IMG/VR virus record: IMGVR_UViG_3300014202_000879
Span: 32,001 to 96,000 of that record
Length of the DNA: 64,000 nt
DNA from: a virus
Strand: one strand, 5' to 3'
Part shown: one piece after another, positions 19,408 to 29,969 of the stretch
Layout of the letters: each line of letters begins with the position of its first letter
Position numbering within the stretch: position 1 is the first letter of the stretch
Notes under the pieces: model-generated
What the model was told of the DNA's origin: nothing
Databases searched by the model: none
The model's input: the letters and a program-made list of their open reading frames with translations, nothing else
Position numbers and translations under genes: made by a program

Positions 19408-21240
19408 TTAAAGCGTGATGGTCTCTTTTTCTTTTTTGTCCAGCATCTGCATCATCTGGATGGCTGTAGGTAAGTTGTGCATGGTGCAACAGTACTCGAT
19501 AGCGTTTGTCTGACCTAAGATGAAGTTCAGGTTTTGTTTACGGAAAACGTTTCTATCGATGCCCTCCACAGCAATAATCTCGCGCTTGGTGGTGGTCTTA
19601 GACACATTGAGGGTGTCTGTAACAGTTGGATAAGCTGCTGTAGAGTCTGCATCGAAAACAAAGAAGCGTATGTTGGTGTGTAAGCCATCGTCCTCACTGA
19701 CGATCATCAGACCCAGCACCATGTTCTGAGGATCTAGGGTAAGAATCCAGCCCTTCAGACCCAATGTACCGGACGATATTAAGAACAGATCGCCTTCGCC
19801 TTCTTGACCCTCTACTTTTTCTTCCTCATCTTCCTCTTCTTTGGCGATGTACTCCTGGTTACGCTCTGCTTCCTTAGCCAGCAAGTCGGCCTTCAGGTCA
19901 TCAGCCGTCTCGTCCTCCACCACGTTGGAAGGCAAAGAAGCAATGGCCAGTCTCCTGTTTTCTAACAGGAAGAACGCATACTCGTCTGTGATTTGTTTGG
20001 GTTGGGAGGCAAACTTAGAGTAGTGACTCAGACCACTGGCCGATGCCAACGTGAACTCGATGTCCTTGATCTGATCATCCAACAGGTTCATACCCAATGA
20101 GTCAAAGATGTTGTAACACACGTACTGCATCGGGAAGAACTCTTGCATGAACTTGTGCCACTTCAGCTTGATGTATTTCTCAGCTTCTGTGAAGTTCAGT
20201 TTTCTTCTATCGATCTTACCCAGCCAATGGTCTAGCGTGTAAGCTTTTTCCAAAGGACTGGTGATGCGAATCTGTCTGGCCACACACATGTTGTCGACCA
20301 CGTAGAACGACGCAGGTGCTATGACGGTATGCCACTGATCTTGAATAGGTTTGGGCTTGAATACCCCAGACGCCGTGGTCTTTGGTTTGCTGCCACGGAT
20401 GTAGTCGAAGTACCTGTAGTCTTTGGGAATTCCTGGATCGCTGAACAAATCGGCAGGGTCGTAGTTGTATATCTCACAGGCCTTGAGTACCTTGGAGATA
20501 TCGAAGTCCATGGCCCATATACACAAGAAGTCAGGTCGCTTGGCATGTATCCATGCAAACACCCTGATCAGTATCTCGATACTGGTCTTCACCACAAAGA
20601 ACTCCACGTTCTCTCTGCGCAGATCCTCGCTGAGGTACTTTTCAAAAGCTTCATCGAAAGCTTTCTCAGGACTGCCGCATTTGCGCACAGCCATCTCTGT
20701 AACACCAACGATGGCGCTTTCTTTCTCATACACCGCTGACGCCATGATGATTTCGCCTGTGCCATAGAGAACATCCGTCTCCACGTCAAACCCACAGCGT
20801 GTGGATGAGCTAAAGAGTTCGGGATACTTTTTCTTGAACTTGTACTTGATGAACGATGTAGAGTCGATGTCGCTGCAGTACAGGTAAGGAGAGTCCTGTA
20901 AGTCCCTGAGACTACAATAGGCGCGTCTGTCATTCAGGGCACGTGCCACAGTAGTTCTTAGGTCGGACTGTGTGCAAGAATGCCTGGCCAGCTTGTCCAG
21001 ATGCTCGTATTCTTTTTTCTGCAAATGGCCCCTGTGGCTAGGCAGCGTGACGTAGAAAGGTCTCTCAAAATTGTCTACTCTTCTGAGCACACGTTCTTTG
21101 GTACCGTCTTTCTTGTGGGCAACGAGTTTAATGAAATGGGTATCGTTATGTTCCCTGGAGGGCCGTGGCACGTGTGTGACGGACTTGACTTCGTAACCTA
21201 TAACGTCCTCAGAGTCATCAGGAAATAACTGTGTGCTCAT
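19408..21240 (-). CDS. split family-B DNA polymerase, 3'-5' exonuclease plus motif-A subunit (phiKZ gp82-like)
   Basis: ExoI FDVETD, ExoII WAMDFD, ExoIII YNIFD, PolB motif A-like FDADSTAAYP; no motif B/C seen. Confidence 0.85.
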   Translation of the reverse strand: MSTQLFPDDSEDVIGYEVKSVTHVPRPSREHNDTHFIKLVAHKKDGTKERVLRRVDNFERPFYVTLPSHRGHLQKKEYEHLDKLARHSCTQSDLRTTVARALNDRRAYCSLRDLQDSPYLYCSDIDSTSFIKYKFKKKYPELFSSSTRCGFDVETDVLYGTGEIIMASAVYEKESAIVGVTEMAVRKCGSPEKAFDEAFEKYLSEDLRRENVEFFVVKTSIEILIRVFAWIHAKRPDFLCIWAMDFDISKVLKACEIYNYDPADLFSDPGIPKDYRYFDYIRGSKPKTTASGVFKPKPIQDQWHTVIAPASFYVVDNMCVARQIRITSPLEKAYTLDHWLGKIDRRKLNFTEAEKYIKLKWHKFMQEFFPMQYVCYNIFDSLGMNLLDDQIKDIEFTLASASGLSHYSKFASQPKQITDEYAFFLLENRRLAIASLPSNVVEDETADDLKADLLAKEAERNQEYIAKEEEDEEEKVEGQEGEGDLFLISSGTLGLKGWILTLDPQNMVLGLMIVSEDDGLHTNIRFFVFDADSTAAYPTVTDTLNVSKTTTKREIIAVEGIDRNVFRKQNLNFILGQTNAIEYCCTMHNLPTAIQMMQMLDKKEKETITL

Positions 21241-21350
21241 GTTTGTGTTTGGTTGGTGGATGTTTTCAAATCATCACACACAAATGAACATTAATATGGG
21301 TAGGTGATTACAGGCTTGTCGGTCATAACAAGCATTTTACAAGGATTGAC

Positions 21351-22715
21351 ATGACACACTCTACTCTCATCCCGAACGGACTACCGATCGTCAAACGAAG
21401 CTTGGCTTTGGAGATGATCGATATCCAAAGGGACAATTTCGGAGCAAAGATCGAGGCGCTACATCTGGCCCTACAGGACAAAATCATGTCGGGCAAGTAC
21501 GACTACACACGTGCTATACGTGACTCTGTGGAAGTACGGGGTATTGTTGAATTGACCCAGAAGAGACTGGGACTGAAGACAGACTTCGTGGTGAATTCCA
21601 TACCGGGTGCCATCATGCCCGTTTACTTGAACAAGCACCATGTGTTCATCCCTGAGATGTACCGTGGTAAGTTCACCATACCGGTACAGCAACGCATGCT
21701 TGACCAACTCAAGACTGGGTCTACGGGTGGTGTGGATATGGCCAATGCCCGACTCAGCGGCATCTTTACCCAGTATGAAAACAAGATTTTCATGAACTAC
21801 GATGTGTTTTTCAAGCAAATGGACATGACAGCAGGTGAAACCACCGCCATCTTGCTGCATGAGCTTGGCCATGGGTTCAATGCCTATGCCTACGCCGATA
21901 AGATCCGTTCCAACAACATGATCATGGCCAAGGTAGCCGAGCATATCACGGTCAAGAAAAAGAACAGCGACCTGAAGTTCGTGTACACCGAACTCAAAAG
22001 GGTCAGCAACAAGATCACAGAAGAAGAAGTAGAGAAGATGGTTACTGGCGACCGTGTGATTGCTGGTTACTACTGGTACAAACTGGCTGTAGAAGCCAGT
22101 GGGCTCAACGATCAATCGGCCACGCTTGTCGCCAACTACGACCGAACTGCTTTTGAGTCTTTGTCGGACGACTTTGCTGCCCGGTTTGGCTATGGTGAGC
22201 AACTTGTGACGGGCCTGGAGAAGTTTTACAAAACAGGTTTCCCTTCACCAGAGCGTTCTAAGTTCATGTGGGTGTTTCTACACATCGTGGAAGTCTCTTT
22301 CCTGTGTATCGAGCTGACGTGGATCTTTGAGGCACTGGCACTGGGCAGCTTTCCTACGGTGGTCATCGCTGGTTTGTTTATCGCCATGCGTTTCTACATG
22401 GACAGCGATTCGGGTGAAGACCGTGTTTACGACAAGCTCAAAGACCGTTACACCCGTGTGCGTCAGCAGATGATCGAGATGCTCAAGGATACCTCCATGG
22501 GTCGTGAAGAGTCTCGTGATTTGGTTAGTTCCATCGAACGGGTGGATGACATTATCAAACAGACCGGTGAATACAAATCCATCTACAACCTTTTGGCCAA
22601 GTTGCTTATCCCAGACAGCCGCAAAGTAGCAAACTATGTGGATGAACAGCGCGCCATTGAGAGCCTGGCTTTCAACGACATGTTCCTGCAAGCCGCCAAG
22701 CTGCGCAACATCTAA
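21351..22715 (+). CDS. virion head protein with HEXXH motif and two hydrophobic helices
   Basis: LALE near N-terminus, LLHELGH, ESLSDDFAARFGYG, hydrophobic segment at about aa 305-350. Confidence 0.7.
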   Translation: MTHSTLIPNGLPIVKRSLALEMIDIQRDNFGAKIEALHLALQDKIMSGKYDYTRAIRDSVEVRGIVELTQKRLGLKTDFVVNSIPGAIMPVYLNKHHVFIPEMYRGKFTIPVQQRMLDQLKTGSTGGVDMANARLSGIFTQYENKIFMNYDVFFKQMDMTAGETTAILLHELGHGFNAYAYADKIRSNNMIMAKVAEHITVKKKNSDLKFVYTELKRVSNKITEEEVEKMVTGDRVIAGYYWYKLAVEASGLNDQSATLVANYDRTAFESLSDDFAARFGYGEQLVTGLEKFYKTGFPSPERSKFMWVFLHIVEVSFLCIELTWIFEALALGSFPTVVIAGLFIAMRFYMDSDSGEDRVYDKLKDRYTRVRQQMIEMLKDTSMGREESRDLVSSIERVDDIIKQTGEYKSIYNLLAKLLIPDSRKVANYVDEQRAIESLAFNDMFLQAAKLRNI

Positions 22716-22752
22716 CCTCACTCAACCCTCACTCAACCAGGATACCCAAAAA

Positions 22753-23226
22753 ATGTTCACCAAACTCCCAGGCTTTGTTTCGTTGCCAGGCAACCTCATT
22801 TCGTTTGTCTCCAAGATGAACGCCTCCGCTTTGGCCAAGTCCACAGAGGCTTCGATGGTCATTGGACGTGTGCTGATGGTCAATATGACAGCCGTCAACA
22901 CCGGTGTCAGCGACCCTGATATGTTCTTCCGTGGAACATACGAGCAGCCCATACAGGCTGTGATCGATGCTGTCAACGAATTGGTGGTCATCGACCGCGA
23001 GGAAGCTATGCGCTTTGCACGGCAACTGTACAGTGCACGTCACCGTATCGTGGCCATGACCGCTGTGCATACCCCCATCACCAGCAACGGTTACGAAGAC
23101 TTCTTCAATCTTCGTCTGAGTATTGAGCCCAAATATCTCGAAGTGATGCAAGCCAACGCACCCATCATGGGCGAACTCAGCCGTGGTTTCTGTGGCTTGA
23201 TCGATTACGTCAGAGCGACGAACTGA
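22753..23226 (+). CDS. putative virion protein
   Basis: AGGA RBS, in structural cluster. Confidence 0.7.
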   Translation: MFTKLPGFVSLPGNLISFVSKMNASALAKSTEASMVIGRVLMVNMTAVNTGVSDPDMFFRGTYEQPIQAVIDAVNELVVIDREEAMRFARQLYSARHRIVAMTAVHTPITSNGYEDFFNLRLSIEPKYLEVMQANAPIMGELSRGFCGLIDYVRATN

Positions 23227-23245
23227 CCGAAGAAAGAAGTCAAAA

Positions 23246-24307
23246 ATGTCTTTCAATGATTTCTTAACCGGCAGCGAAGACGGTGTCGGTGAATCCGGTA
23301 CAGTCACCGACACAACACAAGACACAACGCCTACTACCTTTGAGAAGTTTTCTGAGGCCATCACAGTGGCCATGGAACACCTCAATGACTTCAAGACCAA
23401 AATGCTGACTTTCGTGGATATGAACGACATCCACAGAGAAATGATCTCCAGCGGCAATGTGTGCAAGCACATGGCGGTAGAAGCCAACAGTATCTACGCC
23501 GACAAACTGCTGTCGGGTCATCTGAGCCCGATGAGCTTTACGATGATGCCCAGCAAAACAAACTTCGCCACTTTGGCAGCGCGGATGAGCGGGAGCTTGG
23601 CCGCAGAGAGTGCTGCGCTCATGGAGCAATCTGACATGCTCTTTACCAAGATTCTGATCGATGCTCGCTCCGTGCTGGAAACAGCCAACGAGGACTATTA
23701 CCCTCAACTCAAGAAGACCTTTGACAGCTTTCTTGCCGAATGTCCAGCGTCTTCTTGGGCAAACTTTCGTACCATTCCCAACTTCAAAAACAACATGGCC
23801 ATCATCGGTCCTCTGCGGTTCACGGAGCTGTCGCTGTACCAACTGAGCAAACATGGTGGTGCTGGAAGGTGCCACTTAAAGCGGTATGGTGATTTCGTCA
23901 AGACCCTTGGGTGGAAACACGTTCGTATCTTGCTGTGGATGGCCACACACGGCTACACGTTCAAGGATCTGGAGAAGAAGGAAAACTACGCAGAGGCCAT
24001 CAATTTTGAGCCCACCATCGGTGAGTTCTGTGACTGCATAGCCTCTGGCGGAATGGTCACTTTGATCTCCAAGACACTCCCAGACCGTGCTTTTGAAATA
24101 CTGACTGTGTTTGACAACACCGGTCTGATTCGTGTTACCCCAGACAAAACAGAAGATGTCCAGTCTGAGGTCATCACGCGAACCACAGGGTCTATCCATA
24201 CAGCCTTGCACCAGGCCAAAGAAGTCCTGGCCATGGTCTACTACACCAACATGTTGCTGTCGATGTCTCGTGAGTTCTACCAGATCATGAAAGAATACGA
24301 CGTGTAA
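23246..24307 (+). CDS. putative virion head protein
   Basis: 353 aa, LAAE motif, structural cluster. Confidence 0.7.
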   Translation: MSFNDFLTGSEDGVGESGTVTDTTQDTTPTTFEKFSEAITVAMEHLNDFKTKMLTFVDMNDIHREMISSGNVCKHMAVEANSIYADKLLSGHLSPMSFTMMPSKTNFATLAARMSGSLAAESAALMEQSDMLFTKILIDARSVLETANEDYYPQLKKTFDSFLAECPASSWANFRTIPNFKNNMAIIGPLRFTELSLYQLSKHGGAGRCHLKRYGDFVKTLGWKHVRILLWMATHGYTFKDLEKKENYAEAINFEPTIGEFCDCIASGGMVTLISKTLPDRAFEILTVFDNTGLIRVTPDKTEDVQSEVITRTTGSIHTALHQAKEVLAMVYYTNMLLSMSREFYQIMKEYDV

Positions 24308-24313
24308 CACCTG

Positions 24314-24348
24314 CACCCAGTCACTGCCCTAAAAGCAGTGGCTGGGTG
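24314..24348. terminator. hairpin between convergent genes
   Basis: cacccagtcactgc/gcagtggctgggtg. Confidence 0.65.
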
Positions 24349-24353
24349 TGGCA

Positions 24354-27300
24354 TCAGCTTAGTAGCCGATCAGCATTGTAGAAGACGACATCGATGTCTT
24401 CCGTAACAGTGAGTGAGCCATCTGGTAACCGTACCAGCTTCTTCTTCAAACACAGACGGTTGTAACCTTGTTTGAGGTACAGCACCTGGTAGTCTTTGTC
24501 CATACCACCAATGCCTGAGAACTTGATACCTCGTACGCTTTGTCCATAGACTTTCTTGAGTGCCTCGGTGATATCGGACACAGAGATAGACGTGGCGCCG
24601 ATGTAGGCATCCACCACGATGGCCGTTCGGTTGACCAGCTCTTGGCGTGCTTTTGTGTCGTTGTAGATACCACTGTTGACGTAGAGTTCGATCTTGAGAG
24701 ACTGCTCTGCGTAAATGGTGTCTTCTTTGTTGTCGTTGAGGTAGACTTTGACCTTGGACAACGATGTTTTCGGATAGAAGTAGATGTTGGTTTCTTCGAT
24801 CAGAACGTCCTGCAGTCTCTGCACGCTGTCCATGATCCACTCTGTCAGTGTGTTGGTGATCTCCTGGCGGTACAGGACCATAACTGCCGTGTTGGCATAA
24901 TGGTATTTTGCATCCACAAAAAGGATGTCCACATACCTGGTCAGATCAAACACCGACTTGAGAACAGGCAAGCCCTGGGTGTCGTAAATGATGTCACCAG
25001 CTCGGTGCTTGTAGACGATTTCACCATCGTTCATCACCACGTCGCCCACGGCGTTGATGATTGGGTTAAAAACGACGTTCTTCACGCCACCAGTATCCAC
25101 AATGGTGAACGACAAGCCATCTGTACCCAGCTCGTATTCGTTCTTGTCGTGCAGAAGAGGAACATCGGTGGTGTACCGCTCATACATGTCGTTGCTTCTG
25201 AAACTCCTGCTGCGTGTCCACAGATTCTTCAAGTATTTGCCCATGGTGAAGCTGATCTCCTCCATGGTCACAGGCACCAGTGTGGACTGGTCGGGCAAGT
25301 ATTCTTTGCCATGATCATCCAAGATGTTCACCACCCAGTAAGACTGATTTTGTCTCACCAAATGGAATACCCGCATCTTGGCATCGATGGGGACGTAGAC
25401 TTCCTGTGTGTTGCCGTTGTTGTCCAACATGGCATTCTTGATGCAGATGTTGTTTTGTGTATCCACGTCGTAGCTGGTCTGGAACTCACAACTGTACTGT
25501 GCTTCACCGGAACTCAGGACAGCATCGAACGTCCCTCGAAAGAACATCCACTCGCCTGCAATTTCTGAGTAGAGAGCAAAATGCACACCCACACTGAAGG
25601 GCTGACCATCACCACCATAGACGACTTCTTCTGTATCTGGATCGATCTGTGCATCGTCTTCCAAGATGCCTTTGTAAGCCGATGTAGACACTGTGGTGAT
25701 CGTCACCTTAAAACCATTGCTGGTCTTGTTGATGACGATGGAATCTGTATTGACGGCGGTTCCGTTGGTGGGGTTGGTTGCTTCGATGCTGAGCAGCCCC
25801 AATGAGGGATTGTCCAGATCGTAAGCCCTGACCTCAAACTCAACACCCGACGCATCAAACACATAGTAGAAAGGATTGAAGAGGTAGTTGCCTGTGTTCA
25901 AATGGGCAATGCGGTTGACTTCGTTCACCTGGTTGCCCATCTTGGGGTCTGTGGTGGGGTTATCCAACAGACGAATAACACCGTTGGTATCCAGGAAAAT
26001 CCTGTTGGACATCAACGTGCTTCTCTGACCCGTGGTTCTGAAGTTGTAAGCCGATGCGGTGTTGTCGAAAGACACCGACGCAATGCCCAGATTGGCTGCT
26101 GTGAGCACAGGTGTGTTCCTCGGCGCAGATTTCTGGATCTTGGGTGTGGTGAGCTTCTTGACCGCCATAAAGATGCGGTTGGTGACCATGTCCACATCCG
26201 AAATGATCTCAAAGCCCTCGCGAACGATGGCGCTGTTGGTGACTTGGACATTGGTGATGGGGATATTGCGGTCACCCAACGTCTGGTAGATGGTCGAGTA
26301 CCGCAGCTCATCAAACGTCATGCCGTTGCTACCACCCGACATCCTGTCGGTGCTCATGACCATGATGCTGGCTTTCAGAGCAGCTTTGTAGGCGTTCTCT
26401 GAAACAGAACCAGTGCCCGTCAAGGTATCGTACCCATCCCTGATCTGAAGGATGAAGTCGGCGACAGGGTACGACGCCATGTTAACATCCACTGCACCCA
26501 GAGTGGTAAACATATGCAACTGAATATCACCTGTGATACCCACCATGGTGCTGTAGACCATCGGCATGGTCACCTCTATACCACCCTGCACAATCTTCAC
26601 CAGCAGCGTAGGAACAAAGGGGTCGTAGATATCGCCTGTGTAAGTAACCTTGAACTCAGTCCAAGCACCGTTGAGTTTGTAGAACCCACGCAGCGCATGA
26701 AACCTCTCGGTGGTCTGGATGGTCTTCTTGAAGACAGACGAGGGGTGTATCACCTCGGTGGCGATGGTTTGTCTGAGTTGCATGAGAGGCACTTTGAAGT
26801 ACACCCATGCAACACCTTCCTTGTCGGTGCGAATCTCTTTGTCGAGCACGTAAGTACGCAGACTCTGCAAAGGACTGATGGAAGAGGCATCCATCAAGAT
26901 GTTGAGCTCGCTGTTGTCGATGATACGGATGATCACAGAGTACTCGAACGAGAACATCATGTTGTCTAGTGCGACACTGGAACCTTTGGGTATGAGCAGA
27001 TCCTTGTGTTCATACTGCACAGCGTTGCCGTTGCCATCTGTCGTGTTGACGTAGTAAGTATAGGCCCTTTTCTCGATATCGGAGAGCTTGATCACCACGT
27101 AGAAGTCACACTGAGCAGGGTTGCTGAAGATACCTGCATAGTCTTTGTCAGACAGGTGCGGATACAGATCACTGTACTCGGTAGCTGCTTGGCGGTAAAG
27201 TCGGCGAAACCCCAGTGTGTGTTCGTCCACAGCCACCGATGTGTTCACGCAAGACATCTCCACCAAGCTCATGAAGGGCGTCGATGGATCGACGATCTCG

Positions 27301-27449
27301 ATCTTGTTTTGGGTAAGCTCCGTAATGTGTTCCAGGTGGGCACGCATGACCAACGAAGGGTCATGGATGACTTCCTTCAAGGTGGCTTTCAGCCTGGACA
27401 AAGGTACGGATACCGAAGGTAGAATTTCTGCCATTTCTTGGTCTTTCAA
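24354..27449 (-). CDS. baseplate wedge-like virion protein (phiKZ gp87-like by synteny)
   Basis: 1031 aa; FTTLGA and GGSNGMTFDELR resemble baseplate-J/T4 gp6 motifs. Confidence 0.7.
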   Translation of the reverse strand: MKDQEMAEILPSVSVPLSRLKATLKEVIHDPSLVMRAHLEHITELTQNKIEIVDPSTPFMSLVEMSCVNTSVAVDEHTLGFRRLYRQAATEYSDLYPHLSDKDYAGIFSNPAQCDFYVVIKLSDIEKRAYTYYVNTTDGNGNAVQYEHKDLLIPKGSSVALDNMMFSFEYSVIIRIIDNSELNILMDASSISPLQSLRTYVLDKEIRTDKEGVAWVYFKVPLMQLRQTIATEVIHPSSVFKKTIQTTERFHALRGFYKLNGAWTEFKVTYTGDIYDPFVPTLLVKIVQGGIEVTMPMVYSTMVGITGDIQLHMFTTLGAVDVNMASYPVADFILQIRDGYDTLTGTGSVSENAYKAALKASIMVMSTDRMSGGSNGMTFDELRYSTIYQTLGDRNIPITNVQVTNSAIVREGFEIISDVDMVTNRIFMAVKKLTTPKIQKSAPRNTPVLTAANLGIASVSFDNTASAYNFRTTGQRSTLMSNRIFLDTNGVIRLLDNPTTDPKMGNQVNEVNRIAHLNTGNYLFNPFYYVFDASGVEFEVRAYDLDNPSLGLLSIEATNPTNGTAVNTDSIVINKTSNGFKVTITTVSTSAYKGILEDDAQIDPDTEEVVYGGDGQPFSVGVHFALYSEIAGEWMFFRGTFDAVLSSGEAQYSCEFQTSYDVDTQNNICIKNAMLDNNGNTQEVYVPIDAKMRVFHLVRQNQSYWVVNILDDHGKEYLPDQSTLVPVTMEEISFTMGKYLKNLWTRSRSFRSNDMYERYTTDVPLLHDKNEYELGTDGLSFTIVDTGGVKNVVFNPIINAVGDVVMNDGEIVYKHRAGDIIYDTQGLPVLKSVFDLTRYVDILFVDAKYHYANTAVMVLYRQEITNTLTEWIMDSVQRLQDVLIEETNIYFYPKTSLSKVKVYLNDNKEDTIYAEQSLKIELYVNSGIYNDTKARQELVNRTAIVVDAYIGATSISVSDITEALKKVYGQSVRGIKFSGIGGMDKDYQVLYLKQGYNRLCLKKKLVRLPDGSLTVTEDIDVVFYNADRLLS

Positions 27450-28681
27450 TAAGTGGAATATGAACCGTTTTCTCGAACTTTGCTCACGATGTATTCGAAC
27501 ACCTCTATCCTAACCCACCATTCCAGCTCGGAATTGTCCAAATTGATCAGTGGGTAAGCGTAGCCCGAAACCATGGAAGCTGTATCGCCATCTACTTTGA
27601 CATAGTGTTGGTCCCTGACTTCAGGCAACAAGTCCTCGTTGAAAGCGTACGTTGTTTCGTTGAACTCCCACATCAGAACAGGATCGAAACACTCTATGCC
27701 GGAGCATTTGAAGTTGAACGTCAGTTCATTGACTTGGTCGTTGAAAGGAAACTCTTTGTTGTAGTCGAAGAAGGCACCTTGAGGCGCGGTTTCTGGCAGA
27801 GCTGGCAGGGTTGCTGCGATACCTGTGATCCTTCGGTTAGAGTCATCCGTGACGATACGCCATATCCGGGTGTTGCTGTCTATCCAGTTGTCGCCAATGG
27901 CATCGATATAGGGCATTATTTTATCCTCAAATACCTTGGAGCCATATATTTGCCAGATGCGCATCAGCATGAGGATCATGTTGTTGGCGATGTTGCGAAA
28001 TGTGCACGAAATGGTAATGGGTTCCAAAGAACTCGACATGCCATCGTACTGGATATAAGAGTTCCTGTACAGAAATGGCTTAGATACATGCATGTCTGTG
28101 CTCATGTCTGGAAACCCAGACACATTGATGCAGGCATTAGACAACACGTTGATGAACGGAGAATGTTTATCGACAAACATGGCCTCGATGGGATTGGGGT
28201 CGTACGCCAGTTTCCTCAACAGCAAGGCATCCAAGGATTTGTCTGACGACAACACAATACCGTACTGCAGTCTTGGGTCCAGCAGACACCGGACTTGTCT
28301 GGACATAGAGTACATGTCGCCGCCCAGCATGTCGTAGAACAGTCGGTCGTGGGAGATATTGGACTCTTGCAAATTCAGAATAGGTCTTGTGAAGAACACA
28401 TAGCCTATCCGGTTTTTGGTCAGAGGTATATAGGACATGCTTTGGTTGATATTCACACCCAGCATGGCCTGCATGATTCCTTTGTCCACCGACCCAATGC
28501 TTGTGTTTTCAAACAGAGCACGGGGGTCTGTAGCCAGGTTACCTACCCTGAGTTTGGTAGGATCTGTAATCAGTGTTGCTGTAGGCTCAGGAGATGTTGT
28601 GGACGCCGGTAGACCGGTTGGTATCCCATCGCCAACACTGCGCTTTGTAGGGTCAAAAACAGGGTCAAATACGCCAGGCAT
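27446..28681 (-). CDS. virion structural protein, probable tail-tube-fold baseplate component
   Basis: 411 aa, GYVFFTRP.LNL motif, coupled to wedge gene. Confidence 0.65.
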   Translation of the reverse strand: MPGVFDPVFDPTKRSVGDGIPTGLPASTTSPEPTATLITDPTKLRVGNLATDPRALFENTSIGSVDKGIMQAMLGVNINQSMSYIPLTKNRIGYVFFTRPILNLQESNISHDRLFYDMLGGDMYSMSRQVRCLLDPRLQYGIVLSSDKSLDALLLRKLAYDPNPIEAMFVDKHSPFINVLSNACINVSGFPDMSTDMHVSKPFLYRNSYIQYDGMSSSLEPITISCTFRNIANNMILMLMRIWQIYGSKVFEDKIMPYIDAIGDNWIDSNTRIWRIVTDDSNRRITGIAATLPALPETAPQGAFFDYNKEFPFNDQVNELTFNFKCSGIECFDPVLMWEFNETTYAFNEDLLPEVRDQHYVKVDGDTASMVSGYAYPLINLDNSELEWWVRIEVFEYIVSKVRENGSYSTY

Positions 28682-28745
28682 ATGTTCTCTCTTTCAGTTT
28701 CGATTAGTTAGTTTCCTCACCCACCACTTCACCCAGGACAAAACC

Positions 28746-29915
28746 ATGAGCATCCTCGCAGTAGATACAGCACTTCAGTTGGTCGCACGCTTTTTGAACA
28801 ACGTCAAAAGCCTCACCAACTATTACTCAGACACATCGCTTGCCGATGTAAGCAAGCTGACCAACGTTCAGCCGCTGTGTGTTTTCTCACGCGACTGTTC
28901 TGGTCTGGAATACGCCAACGACATCTCGCAGTCGTTGCTCAATTTGTTTTGCAGCTACTACCTCCAGGCCATCAACATACTCACACGGGTGGACAGCGCT
29001 GAGATTGTTCGTGTCTTGGACCGTCTGAACCCAGACCGCGATGAAACAGGTTTCTTGTTGACCGACTCCTTGGCCACCGAATCGGTGAGTCGCCTTCGGC
29101 TGGCCACAGAAGATTTCCGTATGGGTCTGCCCACTCGTCGCATGCATGATCGCTTGGCTCTGGAGACCACCGCGCGCAATTTCCACGATGAGAACTACCA
29201 CGACACCAAGAACGCCAACGAGCGTGTGCTCCAAGAAGCTGCCAACCTGTCGGTGGGCAAGTTGCTCAGGATCAACATGGCTTACAACAGCGACCCTATG
29301 ACGGGCGACATCCTCAACCCAGCCACCAAGGACAAACGTCTGACGCTGGACATCAACGTTCGACTGTTGGCTTCGTTCTTGCCCAACGAAAGCATCAACC
29401 AGATCTTGGTCTCCAAGAAAGAAGACATGACCCTGAGCGACCGCTGGATGGGTTACAGATCTGGTCGCCTTGAGTTCATCAAGGACCTGATCTTCTGCCA
29501 AGACGTGATCGACGAATACAAACGCGCTATGGCGCTCGACAACACGGGCACCATGCAAGAGATCGTTCGACGCGTGAACAACGCCAAGAAGTTTGGCCTG
29601 CTCACCAAAAACCCCTCGTTGGTGGCTGCATCCAGTTTGTTCGTCATCTCCGAAGAAGTGGCACGCAACATGGAGTCCGAGCTCGGCGGCAAGCTGAACA
29701 ACCCATCGGTGCGCAAAAAAGCATTCGACAGCACCTACGCCATGATCATCGCTGTGGTCAACCGCGACTACCAAACGGTGACGTTCTACGTGCGCAACAT
29801 CAACCAGCCCACCGAAGTGCGCGTCTCGTCCTTGAAACAATCCAACCGCAACAGCGGACCCGACATCATGGAAGTGATGAAGTCGTTCAACATGGGCATG
29901 CCCGCCACCTTCTGA
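28746..29915 (+). CDS. inner-body/head protein (phiKZ gp89-like)
   Basis: AGGA RBS; multiple LATE/LALE sites; NLSVGKLL and FIKDLIFCQD motifs; strongly biased codon usage. Confidence 0.7.
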   Translation: MSILAVDTALQLVARFLNNVKSLTNYYSDTSLADVSKLTNVQPLCVFSRDCSGLEYANDISQSLLNLFCSYYLQAINILTRVDSAEIVRVLDRLNPDRDETGFLLTDSLATESVSRLRLATEDFRMGLPTRRMHDRLALETTARNFHDENYHDTKNANERVLQEAANLSVGKLLRINMAYNSDPMTGDILNPATKDKRLTLDINVRLLASFLPNESINQILVSKKEDMTLSDRWMGYRSGRLEFIKDLIFCQDVIDEYKRAMALDNTGTMQEIVRRVNNAKKFGLLTKNPSLVAASSLFVISEEVARNMESELGGKLNNPSVRKKAFDSTYAMIIAVVNRDYQTVTFYVRNINQPTEVRVSSLKQSNRNSGPDIMEVMKSFNMGMPATF

Positions 29916-29969
29916 GCCATTTAATCGGCTTACCCCACCAATCAGTAACCTTATATAGAAAGACCACCC

